Source of the DNA: Candidatus Latescibacterota bacterium
Lineage (GTDB): Bacteria > Latescibacterota > UBA2968 > UBA8231
Reading direction: 5' to 3'
Assembly (NCBI GenBank): GCA_965204725.1
Contig: OZ242005.1
Coordinates: 1,440,001-1,504,000, forward strand
DNA length: 64,000 nucleotides
Shown: one piece after another, positions 50,287-60,295 of the stretch
How the letters are laid out: every line of letters starts with the position of its first letter
Position numbering within the stretch: the stretch's first letter is position 1
Program-made: the position numbers and the translations under genes
Notes under the pieces: generated by a model
Told to the model about the DNA's origin: nothing
The model's database searches: none
The model's input: only the letters and a program-made list of their open reading frames with translations

Positions 50287-52238
50287 CGGCTGGCCGGAAA
50301 CTCTGCTTCCCATAAGGTGCGGTTCTCTGCGGAAATCCACTGGCCGATATGGATGCGGCCGATGGCGTAGTCGGGGAGTTGGGCGATAGCGATACATTGG
50401 TCGCCGCGCCGGAAGCCGATCCACTCGAAATAGAAGTCGAGATTTTCGGAATCGTACTGTTGGTGATGGATTGGCAGGTCGGCCGGGTCGGCTGGGACGA
50501 CGTGCAAGACGAACTTGGCCTGCGTGTCCGCCGGGGCACACGGTGCTTTGCGGTAGATCAGCTTGCGTCCGGTGCGGTACACGGTCCAGCCGGCGTGGAC
50601 CACTTGTTCGCTGGCCTGTTGGATGAGTTGCTCCACATAGCGTTGTCTCTGGGCGCGATGCCTCGCCGCATCGAAGGGTTCGTACGCCGTGCGGCGGAGT
50701 ACAGCACCATCGGCCAGTTCGGCCACGGTTTCCACGCCAGATAGGACGCGGATGTCCACGCCATCGCAGTCGAGAGAAGATCGATAACCCCTCTCAAACC
50801 AAACGATATGCGCCCCGGCCTCGATCTGGGTCCACCGCATCCTGTTCAAGATTTCTTGGTACTTGCTTGGGGCCGCGGTCCGATTCGCAAACCAAGCAAG
50901 GTCTCTGGTGTTGCTATAAATCCGGCCCTCTATGCGGTTGTCCCGCAGGTAGGACAAGAGCTTGGAATGTTGCCAGCGGGCGGTGTTGAACATCCAGTTT
51001 TCTTCGTATCCGACTCTCCACGCTTGGGCGGTAAGACGGAGGTTTTCTCGCGCCGAGAAGCCGATATGGGCGAGGATGGTCAGCACGGCGAGGGCCGCCA
51101 CAACGTAGCGGCCGGCCGCCATCCAGCCCGCCGCCTCGATGGACAGGAGCCGGTCCAGCAAGAACACCCCGGCCACCAGCAACGGCACGTACATCGGCAG
51201 CAGGTAACGGACGGGGAACGCAACGGGGATCACGAGCGGCACGATGGCGACGATGAGGACGAGGTAGGCTACGGCGAACACCCCGAATGGGAGGGCCGGC
51301 CCCAACCCGAAGGTCTGCCCATCCATGCCTAAACTGCGACCCGACCAAACGACGACAGCCCCCGCTGCCAGAACGACCAGCCCGGCCGCCACCGCTATGA
51401 GATAACCAAATCCGTCCGGCGCGTTGGGGGGAATCATCCAATCCCGGAATACATCCGCCGCTCGGCTCAGCCCATCGGACAGGGACTGCCCCGATGCTTT
51501 TCTCCGCCCGGTCAGGGTCCCGGAGACCGCCCAGTTGTACGTCAGCACCCCCGCGAGGGGAATGGATGAGATAGCCCCATAAGCGATGGCGTGCTTTAAC
51601 CGGGCGGCCAGCGGCGGGGCGCGACGCACCAGCAGCATGAGGAGTCCGGTGCCGATGAGCACCACGCCCGCATAGCGGGTCAGCGCGGCCAAGGCGGTGA
51701 AAACCGCCGCCCACCACAGGGGCGCGTCTGTCTTGCGGTTGAGGAAGGTCGCCAACTGGATCAAGGCGAGGAGCGTCAACAGGACGAAGAGGGAATCGCT
51801 CATGAGGTGGGACGCCCAACTGCTCAGGGGCAGGGAGGCGGCGAGGGTCGCGGTGGCGGCCAGCACCAATAGCCGCGACCGGAGATTGGTGCGCAGCCAG
51901 CACCCGGCGGCGAGGATGGTCAGCCCAAAGGCGGTGGCGTTGATCAACCGCCCCGCTTCCAGCGGCTCGATGCCGACCCAACCGAAGGCCGCCAGCAGCA
52001 GGGGGAACAAGGGCGGCCATCTCACCAGCGGTTTGCCCGCGAGATCACGCCAGCCCTCTCCCGCGAAGAAGTTTAGGGCCGTAGAGAGGAAAGAGATGGA
52101 GTCCGTGGTGACGGCCGCGCCGTAGGTGGCGGTGCGGACGAGGATATGGGCGGTGCCCAGTCCGGCGAGGACGACGAGGAGCAGGGTGAAAGGATCGCGC
52201 CCGAACCGGGCGATCCACTTGATGGCGGAGTGATTCAT
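50283..52238 (-). CDS. array copy 18
   Basis: Start trimmed to ATG 52238 (MNHSAIKW); loop AVTTDSISF. Confidence 0.85.
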   Translation of the reverse strand: MNHSAIKWIARFGRDPFTLLLVVLAGLGTAHILVRTATYGAAVTTDSISFLSTALNFFAGEGWRDLAGKPLVRWPPLFPLLLAAFGWVGIEPLEAGRLINATAFGLTILAAGCWLRTNLRSRLLVLAATATLAASLPLSSWASHLMSDSLFVLLTLLALIQLATFLNRKTDAPLWWAAVFTALAALTRYAGVVLIGTGLLMLLVRRAPPLAARLKHAIAYGAISSIPLAGVLTYNWAVSGTLTGRRKASGQSLSDGLSRAADVFRDWMIPPNAPDGFGYLIAVAAGLVVLAAGAVVVWSGRSLGMDGQTFGLGPALPFGVFAVAYLVLIVAIVPLVIPVAFPVRYLLPMYVPLLVAGVFLLDRLLSIEAAGWMAAGRYVVAALAVLTILAHIGFSARENLRLTAQAWRVGYEENWMFNTARWQHSKLLSYLRDNRIEGRIYSNTRDLAWFANRTAAPSKYQEILNRMRWTQIEAGAHIVWFERGYRSSLDCDGVDIRVLSGVETVAELADGAVLRRTAYEPFDAARHRAQRQRYVEQLIQQASEQVVHAGWTVYRTGRKLIYRKAPCAPADTQAKFVLHVVPADPADLPIHHQQYDSENLDFYFEWIGFRRGDQCIAIAQLPDYAIGRIHIGQWISAENRTLWEAEFPASR

Positions 52239-52275
52239 CTTGGACAGGGTAATATACAAATTAGGGCGTCCTATA

Positions 52276-54213
52276 TCACCGGCCGGCCGACAACTCCGCT
52301 TCCCAAAGGGTGCGGTCCTCTTCGGCAATCCACTGGCCGATATGGATGCGGTTGATGGCGTAGCTGGGGAGTCGGACGATTGCGATACACTGGTCGCCGA
52401 GCCGCTCGCCGATCCAGTCGAAGTAGAAGTCGAGATTATCCGAATCGTACTGTTGGCGGCCGGGTGACAGGTCGGCCGGATCGACGGGGACGACGTGTAA
52501 GACGAACTTCGCCTGTACGTCCGCGGGGACGCACGGCCCTTTGCGGTAGATCAACCTGCGTCCGTTACGGTACACGCTCCAGCCGGCGCGGACCACTTGC
52601 TCGTCAGCCTGTTGGATGAGTTGGTCAACATAGCGTTGTTTCCGGGCGCGATGCCTTTTCACATCGAAGGATTCAGACGCCGTGCGGCGGAACACGACGC
52701 CATCGGCTAGTTCGGCCACGATTTCTACGCCGGGCAGGACCCGGAGGTCCAAGCCGCCGCGGTTGGAATAAGATCGCTCATAGTCCCTCTCAAACCAAAC
52801 GATATGCGCCCCGACCTCGATTTCGGCCCACCGCCTCTTGCTCGGGATTCTTTGGTGCTTTCCCGGGTCGGCGGTCCGATCCGCAAACCAAGCAAGGTAT
52901 CTGCGGTTGCTGTAAATCCGGCTCGCAATGGGGTTGTCCCGGAGGTACGTCAGGGTCTCGGATTGTTGCCAGTGGACGGTGTTGAACATCCAGTCTTCTT
53001 TGTACCCGGCGACATAAGCGTGGGTGGTAAGATGGAGGTTTCTTCGCGTCGAGAAGCCGATGTGGGTGAGGGATGCCAGCACGACGAGGGAGGCCACAAC
53101 GCAGCGGATGGCCACCATCCGGCCCGTAGCCTTGATCGAGAGGAACCGATCCAGTAAGAACGCGGCCGTCAACAGCAGCGGCACGTATATCGGCAGCAGG
53201 TAGCGGCTGTCGATACCCTGAGTAACCGTGAAGGGCACGACCGCGACCATGAATGCGATGTAGCCCACGGTAAACGCCCCGAATGGGAGTGCCGGCCCCC
53301 CAACCCGAAGGGATAGCGGCGCGGCCCTCTGGGTCCGGCTTGCGACCGCGCAGGTGGCCGCCGCGCTGGCGAGGACGACCGCGGCGACCGCCAGCCCCAG
53401 CAGATACGCAAGTCCATCCGGCGTTTGCGGGGGGACGATCCACTCGCGGACTACCTCGACGGTCTGGTGCAGCCCAGCGGATAAGGACTGCCTCAAAGGC
53501 TTTGTTCGGTGTCCTGTCGCTGCGGTCAGGTGCCCGGTGACCGCCCAGTTGCGCGCCAATACCGCCAGCAGGGGCACAGACGAGACCGCGCCAAAGACGA
53601 GGGGCGCCTGCCTTTGCCGGGCGAGGGGCAGCAGCACGAGGACGCCGGTGCCGATTAGGGCCACGCCCGGATAGCGGGTTATCGCGGCCAGTGCGGTGAA
53701 AACCGCCGCCAGCAGCAGGGGCGTCCTCCCACCGCGATGGAGAAAGGCCGCCAGTTGGATCAAGGCGAGGAGCGTCAACAGGACGAAGAGGGAATCGGTC
53801 ATGAAGTGGGACGCCCAATAGCTCAAGGGCAGGGAGGCCGCGAGGGTCGTGGTCGCGGCCAGCACCAACAGCCGCGACCGGAGATGCGAGCGCAGATAGC
53901 AGCCGGCGGCGAGGATGGTCAGCCCAAAGGCGGTGGCGTTGATCAACCGCCCCGCTTCCAGCGGCTCGATGCCGACCCAACCGAAGGCGGCCAGCAGCAG
54001 GGGGAACAAGGGCGGCCAAATCACCATCGGGTTGCCCGCGAAATCCCGCAGGCCCTCTCCCGCGAGGAAGTTTAGGGCCGTCGAAAGAAGACGAATGGAG
54101 TCTGTGCCGACCGCGGTGCCGTAGGTAGCGGTGCGGGCGAGGATGTTCGCGGTGCCCAGCCCGGCGAGGACGACGATGAGCAGGGTGATCCACTTGATGG
54201 CGGAACACTTCAT
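52276..54213 (-). CDS. array copy 19
   Basis: ATG 54213 (MKCSAIKW) overlaps the upstream stop (ATGA); loop AVGTDSIRL. Confidence 0.85.
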   Translation of the reverse strand: MKCSAIKWITLLIVVLAGLGTANILARTATYGTAVGTDSIRLLSTALNFLAGEGLRDFAGNPMVIWPPLFPLLLAAFGWVGIEPLEAGRLINATAFGLTILAAGCYLRSHLRSRLLVLAATTTLAASLPLSYWASHFMTDSLFVLLTLLALIQLAAFLHRGGRTPLLLAAVFTALAAITRYPGVALIGTGVLVLLPLARQRQAPLVFGAVSSVPLLAVLARNWAVTGHLTAATGHRTKPLRQSLSAGLHQTVEVVREWIVPPQTPDGLAYLLGLAVAAVVLASAAATCAVASRTQRAAPLSLRVGGPALPFGAFTVGYIAFMVAVVPFTVTQGIDSRYLLPIYVPLLLTAAFLLDRFLSIKATGRMVAIRCVVASLVVLASLTHIGFSTRRNLHLTTHAYVAGYKEDWMFNTVHWQQSETLTYLRDNPIASRIYSNRRYLAWFADRTADPGKHQRIPSKRRWAEIEVGAHIVWFERDYERSYSNRGGLDLRVLPGVEIVAELADGVVFRRTASESFDVKRHRARKQRYVDQLIQQADEQVVRAGWSVYRNGRRLIYRKGPCVPADVQAKFVLHVVPVDPADLSPGRQQYDSDNLDFYFDWIGERLGDQCIAIVRLPSYAINRIHIGQWIAEEDRTLWEAELSAGR

Positions 54214-56192
54214 CTTGGCGGAAACTCCGCTTCCCAAAGGGTGCGGTCCTCTTCGGCAATCCACTGGCCGATATGGATGCGGTCGATGGCGTAGCTGGGG
54301 AGTCGGACGATTGCGATGCACTGGTCGCCGAGGCGGAAGCCGAGCCAGTCGAAATAGAAGTCGAGATTATCCGAATCGTACTGTTGGCGGTGGACTGGCA
54401 GGTCGGCCGGATCGGCCGGGACGAGGTGCAAAATGAACTTCGCCTGTATGTCCGCGGGGACGCACGGCTCTTTGCGGTAGATCAGTGTGCGTCCCGTGCG
54501 GTACACGTTCCAACCGGCGCGGACCACTTGCTCGTCGGCCTGTTGGATGAGTTGGTCAACGTAGCGTTGTTTCCGAGCGTGATGCCTTTTCTTATCCAAG
54601 GGTTCGTACGCTGTGCGGCGGAGGACGAGGCCGTCGGCCAGTTCGGCCACGGTTTCCATGCCGGGCAGCAGACGGAGGTCCAAGCCGCTGCGGGAGAAAT
54701 GAGTTCGATCATAGACCCTCTCAAACCGAACGATATGCGCCCCGGCTTCGATTTCGGTCCACCGCCTCTTGCCCGGGATTTTCCTGCCTAGGATTTGTTG
54801 GTGTTTTCCCGGAGCCGCGGTCCGCTCCGCAAACCAAGCAGAGTATCTGTCGTTGGTGTAAATCCGGCCCGCAATGGGGTTGTCCCGGAGGTACGTCAGG
54901 GTCGCGGAATGTTGCGAACGGGCGGTGTTGAACATCCAGTCTTCTTCGTACCCGACGACATAAGCGCGGGCAGTAAGACGGAGGTTTTCGTGCGCCGAGC
55001 AGCATAAGTGGGCGAGGGTGGCCAGCAAGACGAGGGCCGCCACAGCGTAGCGGACAGCCGCCATCCGGCCCGTAGCCTCGATGGACAGGAACCGATCTAG
55101 CAGGAACACGGCCGTCAACAGCAGCGGCACGTATATCGGCAGCAAGTAACGGACGGGGAACTCAACGGGGACCACGAGCGGCACGATGACCACCGTGAAT
55201 ACGAGGTAGATCGCGGCGAACCCCCCGAATGGGAGTGCCGGCCCCAACCCGAAGGATGGCGACTTGCCGCCCATGCCTAAGCCGCGACCAGCCAGAACGA
55301 CGACCGCCCCCGCTGCCAGAACAACCAGCCCGGTCGCTATCCACAGGAGATACGCCAACCCGTCCGGCGCGTTCGGAGGAATCACCCACCCCCGGAATAC
55401 ATCCGCCACTCGGCTCAGCGAATCGGATAGAGACTGCCCCGAGAGCTCTTTTCTGTACCCTGCTGCCAAGGTCAGGTCCCCGGTGACCGCCCAGTTGTGC
55501 GCCAATACCGCCAGCAAGGGCACGGACGAGATCGCGCCAAAGACGAGGGTCTGCCTTCGCCGAGCGAGGGGCAGCAGGATGAGGACGCCGGTGCCGACCA
55601 GCACCACGCCCGAATAGCGGGTTATTGCGGCCAGCGCGGTGAAAACCGCCGCCCACCACAGGGGCGCGGCCGTCCGCTGGCTGAGGAAGGCCGCCAACTG
55701 GATCAAGGCGAGGAGCGTAAACAAGACGAAAAGGGCGTCGGTCATGAAGTGGGACGCCCAACGGCTCAAGGGCAGGGAGGCCGCGAGGGTCGCGGTGGCG
55801 GCCAGCGTCAGCCACTGCGACCGGAGATTCGAGCGCAACCAGCCCCCAGCGGCGAGGATGGTCAGCCCGAAGGTGGTGGCGTTGATCAGCCGCCCCGCCT
55901 CCAGCGGATCGATGCCGACCCAACCGAGAGCCGCCAGCAGCAGGGGGAACAAGGGCGGCCATTCTACCGTTGAGTTGCCTTTGAAATCCCGCCAGCCCTC
56001 TCCGGCGAGGAAGTTCAGGGCCGTAGAAAGGAAAGCTATGGAGTCCTGAGTGACCGCGGCACCGTAGGTGGCGGTGCGGACGAGGACGTGTGCGGTGCCT
56101 AGTCCGGCGAGGACGATGATTAGCAGGGTGAAAGGATCGCGCCCGAACCGGGTGATCCACTCGGGGGCGGAGTGCTTCAGCAAATTCCACAT
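54210..56192 (-). CDS. array copy 20
   Basis: Start trimmed to ATG 56192 (MWNLLKHSA); loop AVTQDSIAF. Confidence 0.83.
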   Translation of the reverse strand: MWNLLKHSAPEWITRFGRDPFTLLIIVLAGLGTAHVLVRTATYGAAVTQDSIAFLSTALNFLAGEGWRDFKGNSTVEWPPLFPLLLAALGWVGIDPLEAGRLINATTFGLTILAAGGWLRSNLRSQWLTLAATATLAASLPLSRWASHFMTDALFVLFTLLALIQLAAFLSQRTAAPLWWAAVFTALAAITRYSGVVLVGTGVLILLPLARRRQTLVFGAISSVPLLAVLAHNWAVTGDLTLAAGYRKELSGQSLSDSLSRVADVFRGWVIPPNAPDGLAYLLWIATGLVVLAAGAVVVLAGRGLGMGGKSPSFGLGPALPFGGFAAIYLVFTVVIVPLVVPVEFPVRYLLPIYVPLLLTAVFLLDRFLSIEATGRMAAVRYAVAALVLLATLAHLCCSAHENLRLTARAYVVGYEEDWMFNTARSQHSATLTYLRDNPIAGRIYTNDRYSAWFAERTAAPGKHQQILGRKIPGKRRWTEIEAGAHIVRFERVYDRTHFSRSGLDLRLLPGMETVAELADGLVLRRTAYEPLDKKRHHARKQRYVDQLIQQADEQVVRAGWNVYRTGRTLIYRKEPCVPADIQAKFILHLVPADPADLPVHRQQYDSDNLDFYFDWLGFRLGDQCIAIVRLPSYAIDRIHIGQWIAEEDRTLWEAEFPPR

Positions 56193-56206
56193 GGAGTTTT
56201 GGGTAT

Positions 56207-56334
56207 GAGATACTTCGCTTCGCTCAGTATGACAAGGGCTGGGGCATGAAGTCCCCGTCTGTGTGTCATGCTGAGCGCAGCGTAGCGCAGTCGAAGCATC
56301 TCTACATGCTTGCAAGTCATTTAGGACGGCTATA
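56207..56334. repeat. palindromic REP/MITE-like element
   Basis: Inverted arms GAGATACTTCGCTTCGCTCAGTATGACA (56207-56234) and TGTCATGCTGAGCG...CGAAGCATCTC (56264-56302), followed by the spacer-type end ...TCATTTAGGACGGCTATA. Confidence 0.8.
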
Positions 56335-58293
56335 TCACCGGCTGGCCGGCAACTCCGCTTCCCAGACGGTGCGGTCCTCTTCGGCAATCCACTGGCCGAC
56401 ATAGATGCGGTCAATGGCGTAGGCGGGGAGCGGGATGATTATCGTACACTGGTCGCCGAGATAGAAGCCGTGCTGGTGGAAATAGAAGTCGAGATTGTCA
56501 GAATCGTACTGTTGGCGGCGGACTGGCAGGTCGGCGGGGTCGGTGGGGACGACGTGCAGAACGAACTTCGCCTGCACATCCGCGGGGCCGCACGGCTTTT
56601 TGAAGTAGAGCAGTTTGCGTCCCGTGCGATACACGTTCCAGCCAGCGCGAGCTACTCGGTCGCTGGCCTGTTGGATGAGTTGGTTCATGTAGCGTTGTTT
56701 GCGGGCGCGATGCTTGTCTGCATTGAAGGGTTCAGTTGCCGTGCGGCGGAGGACGAGGCCGTCGGCCAGTTCGGCCACGATTTCCATGCCGGGCAGGACG
56801 CGGAGGTCGAGGTCGTCGTGGCCGAGATAACCGCGGATAAAGCCCTTCTCAAGCCAAACGATATGCGCCCCGGCCTCAATCTCGGTCCACCGCATCTTGC
56901 GCGGGAGATTTAGGTGCTTTTTGGGAATAGCAGTCCGATCCGCAAACCAAACAAGGGGTCTGTAGTTGCTGTAAATCCTGCCCTCTATGCGGTTGTCCCG
57001 CAGGTAGTTCAGGGTCTCGGAATGTTGCCAAAAGGCGGCGTTGTACATCCAGTCTTGTTCGGCGACATAAGCCTTGGTAGTAAGACGGAGGTTCCTGTGT
57101 ACGGAGAAGCCGACGTGGGTGAGAGTGCCCAGCACGACGAGGGCCGCCACAACGTAGCGGGCGGCCACCATCCGGCCCGCCGCCTCGATAGACAGGAACC
57201 GATCCAGCAGGAACCCCGCCGCCAACAGCAGCGGCACGTATATCGGCAGTAGGTAGCGGCTGTCGATTGTCTGATGAACTGTGAAGGGCACGACGGCGAT
57301 GATGAATACGGAGTAGATCACGGCGAACCCCCCGAAGGGGAGAGCCGGCCCCAAGCGGAAAGAGGCCGGTGCGGCCTCTGAGTCCGGCTGACGACGACCA
57401 AGGACTACTACGGTGCTGGCGAGGACGACCGCTACGACCGCCAGCCCCAGCAGATACGCCAATCCATCCGGCGCGTTTGGGGGGACGACCCACTCGTGGA
57501 ACACCTCGACAGTCTGGCGCAGCCCGGCGGATAGGGACTGCCCCGTCGGCTCTAGCTCTGGTCTGTTGCCTGTTGCCCGGGTCAGGTGCCCGGTGGCCGC
57601 CCAGTTGTGCGCCAATACCGCCAGCAGGGGCACAGACGAGATCGCGCCAAAGACGACGGTGTGCTTCCACCGGGCGAGGGGCAGCAGTAGCAGGACGCCG
57701 GTGCCGATCAGAGCCACGCCCGGATAGCGGGTTATCGCGGCCAGTGCGGTGAAAACCGCGCCCAGCAGCAAGGGGGTCCTCCCGCCGCGATGGAGGAAGG
57801 ACGCCAACTGGATCAAGGCGAGGAGCGTCAACAGGATGAAGAGGGAATCGGTCATAAGGTGGGACGCCGAATGGCTCAAGGGCCGGGAGGCCGCGACGAT
57901 CGCGGTGGCGGCCAGCGCCAGCCCCTGCGACCGGAGATTGGAGTGCAACCAGCACCCGGCGACGAGGATGGTCAGTCCAAAGGCCGCGGCGTTGATCCAC
58001 CGACCGGCCTCCAGCGGATCGATGCCGACCCAACTGCTGGCCGCCAGCAACAGGGGGAACAAGGGCGGCCATAACGTCAGCGGCCTACCCGCGAAATCCC
58101 GCCAACCCTCGCCCGCGAGGAAGTTCAGGACCGTAGAAAGGAAATATGTGGCGTCCACGGTGATCGCCGCGCCGTAGGCCGCGGTGCGGACGAGGATGTG
58201 CGCGGTGCTCAGCCCGGCGAGGACGACGATGAGCAGGGTGAAGGGGTCTCGATAGAACCGGACGAGCCACTTGATGGCGGAGTGCTTCAGCAA
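56335..58293 (-). CDS. array copy 21
   Basis: TTG 58293 with AGGAGG RBS; loop AITVDATYF. Confidence 0.85.
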   Translation of the reverse strand: MLKHSAIKWLVRFYRDPFTLLIVVLAGLSTAHILVRTAAYGAAITVDATYFLSTVLNFLAGEGWRDFAGRPLTLWPPLFPLLLAASSWVGIDPLEAGRWINAAAFGLTILVAGCWLHSNLRSQGLALAATAIVAASRPLSHSASHLMTDSLFILLTLLALIQLASFLHRGGRTPLLLGAVFTALAAITRYPGVALIGTGVLLLLPLARWKHTVVFGAISSVPLLAVLAHNWAATGHLTRATGNRPELEPTGQSLSAGLRQTVEVFHEWVVPPNAPDGLAYLLGLAVVAVVLASTVVVLGRRQPDSEAAPASFRLGPALPFGGFAVIYSVFIIAVVPFTVHQTIDSRYLLPIYVPLLLAAGFLLDRFLSIEAAGRMVAARYVVAALVVLGTLTHVGFSVHRNLRLTTKAYVAEQDWMYNAAFWQHSETLNYLRDNRIEGRIYSNYRPLVWFADRTAIPKKHLNLPRKMRWTEIEAGAHIVWLEKGFIRGYLGHDDLDLRVLPGMEIVAELADGLVLRRTATEPFNADKHRARKQRYMNQLIQQASDRVARAGWNVYRTGRKLLYFKKPCGPADVQAKFVLHVVPTDPADLPVRRQQYDSDNLDFYFHQHGFYLGDQCTIIIPLPAYAIDRIYVGQWIAEEDRTVWEAELPASR

Positions 58294-58309
58294 ATTGGGG
58301 CCTCCTGTG

Positions 58310-60283
58310 TCACGGGCTGGCCGGCAACTCCGCTTCCCAGACGGTGCGGTCCTCTGCGGGAATCCACTGGCCGACATAGATGCGGCTGATGGCATAGTCG
58401 GGGAGTTGGATGAGCACTGTACACTGGTCGTCAACTCGCTCGCCGTGCCAGTCGAAAGGGAAGTCGAGATTGTCAGAACCGTACTGCTGACGGTGGGCTG
58501 GCAGGTTTGCCGGATCGACGGGGACGACGTGCAAGACGAACTTCGCCTGCACGTCTGACGGGGCGCATGGCTCTTTGAAGTAGATCAGCTTGCGTCCGGT
58601 GCGGTACACGCCCCAGCCGGCGCGAACCACCTGTTCGCTGGCTTGTTGGATGAGTTGCTGCACGTAGCGTTGTTTGCGGGCGCGATGCCTTTTTGCATCG
58701 AAGGGTTCGGCCGCTGTTACGCGGAACACAAAGCCTTCGGCCAGTTCGGCCACGAGTTCCACGCCGGGCAGGACCTGGAGGTCGAAGGTATCGTAGCCGT
58801 ACAGACCGAGTCTATTATTGAACTTTCGGAACCAAACGATATGCGCCCCAGCCTCGATTTCGGTCCACTGCATATTGCGCGGGAGATTGCGGTACTTTCC
58901 CGGGGGAGCGCTCCTATTCGCAAACCAAGCAAGTCTGTCGCGGTCGCTGTAAACCCTGCCCTCGATATGGTGGTCCCGGATGTAATTCAGGATCTCAGAA
59001 TGTTGCCAACGGGGGGCGTTAAAACTATGGGCCGGGTATCCGAAGACATAAGCGTGGGCGGTACGACGGAGGTTTCTTCGCGCCGAGAAGCATAAGTGAG
59101 TGAGGGTGGCCAGCAAGACGAGGGACACCAGCCCGTAGCGGACGGCAATCCGCCAGCCTGCCGCCTCGATGGACAGGAACCAGTCCAGCAGGAACACGGT
59201 CGCCAACAGCAGCGGCACGTATATCGGCAGCAGGTAGCGGCTGTCGATTTGCTTCTCAGTCGTGGAGGGCACCACGGCGATCAGGAATACGAGGTAGATC
59301 ACGGTGAATACCCCGAATGGGAGCACCGGTCCCAAGCGGACATACACCGGCGCGGCCTCTGGGGCGTACCGGCGACTGCGAAGGACGACCGCGACGCCGG
59401 CGAGAACGACCGCGGCGACCGCCAGCCACAGCAGATACGCCAACTCATCCGGCGTGTGCCGGGGGACGATCCACGCACGGAACACCTCGACGGTCTGATC
59501 CAGCCCATCGGATAGGGACTGACCCGAAGACGTTGGTCTGTACCCTGCTGCTTGGGTCAGGTATCCGCTGGCCGCCCAGTTGCGGACCAATACCGCCAGC
59601 AAGGGGACGGACGAGACCGCGCCAAAGACGAGGGTCTGCCTTAGCCGGGCGAAGGGCAGCAGGATGAGGACACCGGTGCCGATCAGGGCTACGCCCGGAT
59701 AGCGGGTTATCGCAGTCAGCGCGGTGAAAACCGCCGCCCACCACAGGGGCGCATTCGCCCTTCGGTTGAGGAAGGCCGCTAACTGCATCAGGGCGAAGAG
59801 CGTCAACAGGGCGAAGAGCGAATCGGTCAAGAAGCGTGCCGCGATATCGCTCAAAGGATAGGAGGCCGTGAGGGTCGCGGTGGCGGCCAGTGCCAGCCAC
59901 TGCGACCGGAGATTCGAGCGCAGCCAGCACCCGGCGACGAGGATGGTCAGCCCGGCGGCAACCGCGTTGATCCACCGACCGGCCTCCAGCAGATCGATGC
60001 CAACCCAACCGAAGGCCGCCAGCAACAGGGGAAACAAGGGCGGCCATTCAGTCAGCGGAGCGCCCGTAAGATGCCGCCAGCCCCCTCCCGCGAGGAAGTT
60101 CATGGCCGAAAAAAGGAAATCTACGGAGTCCTCGCCGATCCCCGCGCCGTAGGTGGCGGTGCGGACGAGGATGTGCGCGGTGCCCAGCCCGGCGAGGACG
60201 ACGATGAGCAGCGCGAAGGGGTCGCGCCGGAATCGGGCGAACCACGCGATGGCAGAGCACTTCAGCAAATTCATTCTCCACAT
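58310..60283 (-). CDS. array copy 22 (start may be 60274)
   Basis: 657 aa; loop GIGEDSVDF. Confidence 0.85.
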   Translation of the reverse strand: MWRMNLLKCSAIAWFARFRRDPFALLIVVLAGLGTAHILVRTATYGAGIGEDSVDFLFSAMNFLAGGGWRHLTGAPLTEWPPLFPLLLAAFGWVGIDLLEAGRWINAVAAGLTILVAGCWLRSNLRSQWLALAATATLTASYPLSDIAARFLTDSLFALLTLFALMQLAAFLNRRANAPLWWAAVFTALTAITRYPGVALIGTGVLILLPFARLRQTLVFGAVSSVPLLAVLVRNWAASGYLTQAAGYRPTSSGQSLSDGLDQTVEVFRAWIVPRHTPDELAYLLWLAVAAVVLAGVAVVLRSRRYAPEAAPVYVRLGPVLPFGVFTVIYLVFLIAVVPSTTEKQIDSRYLLPIYVPLLLATVFLLDWFLSIEAAGWRIAVRYGLVSLVLLATLTHLCFSARRNLRRTAHAYVFGYPAHSFNAPRWQHSEILNYIRDHHIEGRVYSDRDRLAWFANRSAPPGKYRNLPRNMQWTEIEAGAHIVWFRKFNNRLGLYGYDTFDLQVLPGVELVAELAEGFVFRVTAAEPFDAKRHRARKQRYVQQLIQQASEQVVRAGWGVYRTGRKLIYFKEPCAPSDVQAKFVLHVVPVDPANLPAHRQQYGSDNLDFPFDWHGERVDDQCTVLIQLPDYAISRIYVGQWIPAEDRTVWEAELPASP

Positions 60284-60295
60284 AAGCGTCCGGTA

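Noticed and set aside
41414-58434. Long N-terminal extensions given by the ORF track for copies 13-21
   Set aside because: They overlap the upstream gene in another frame; starts were trimmed to positions homologous with the other copies.
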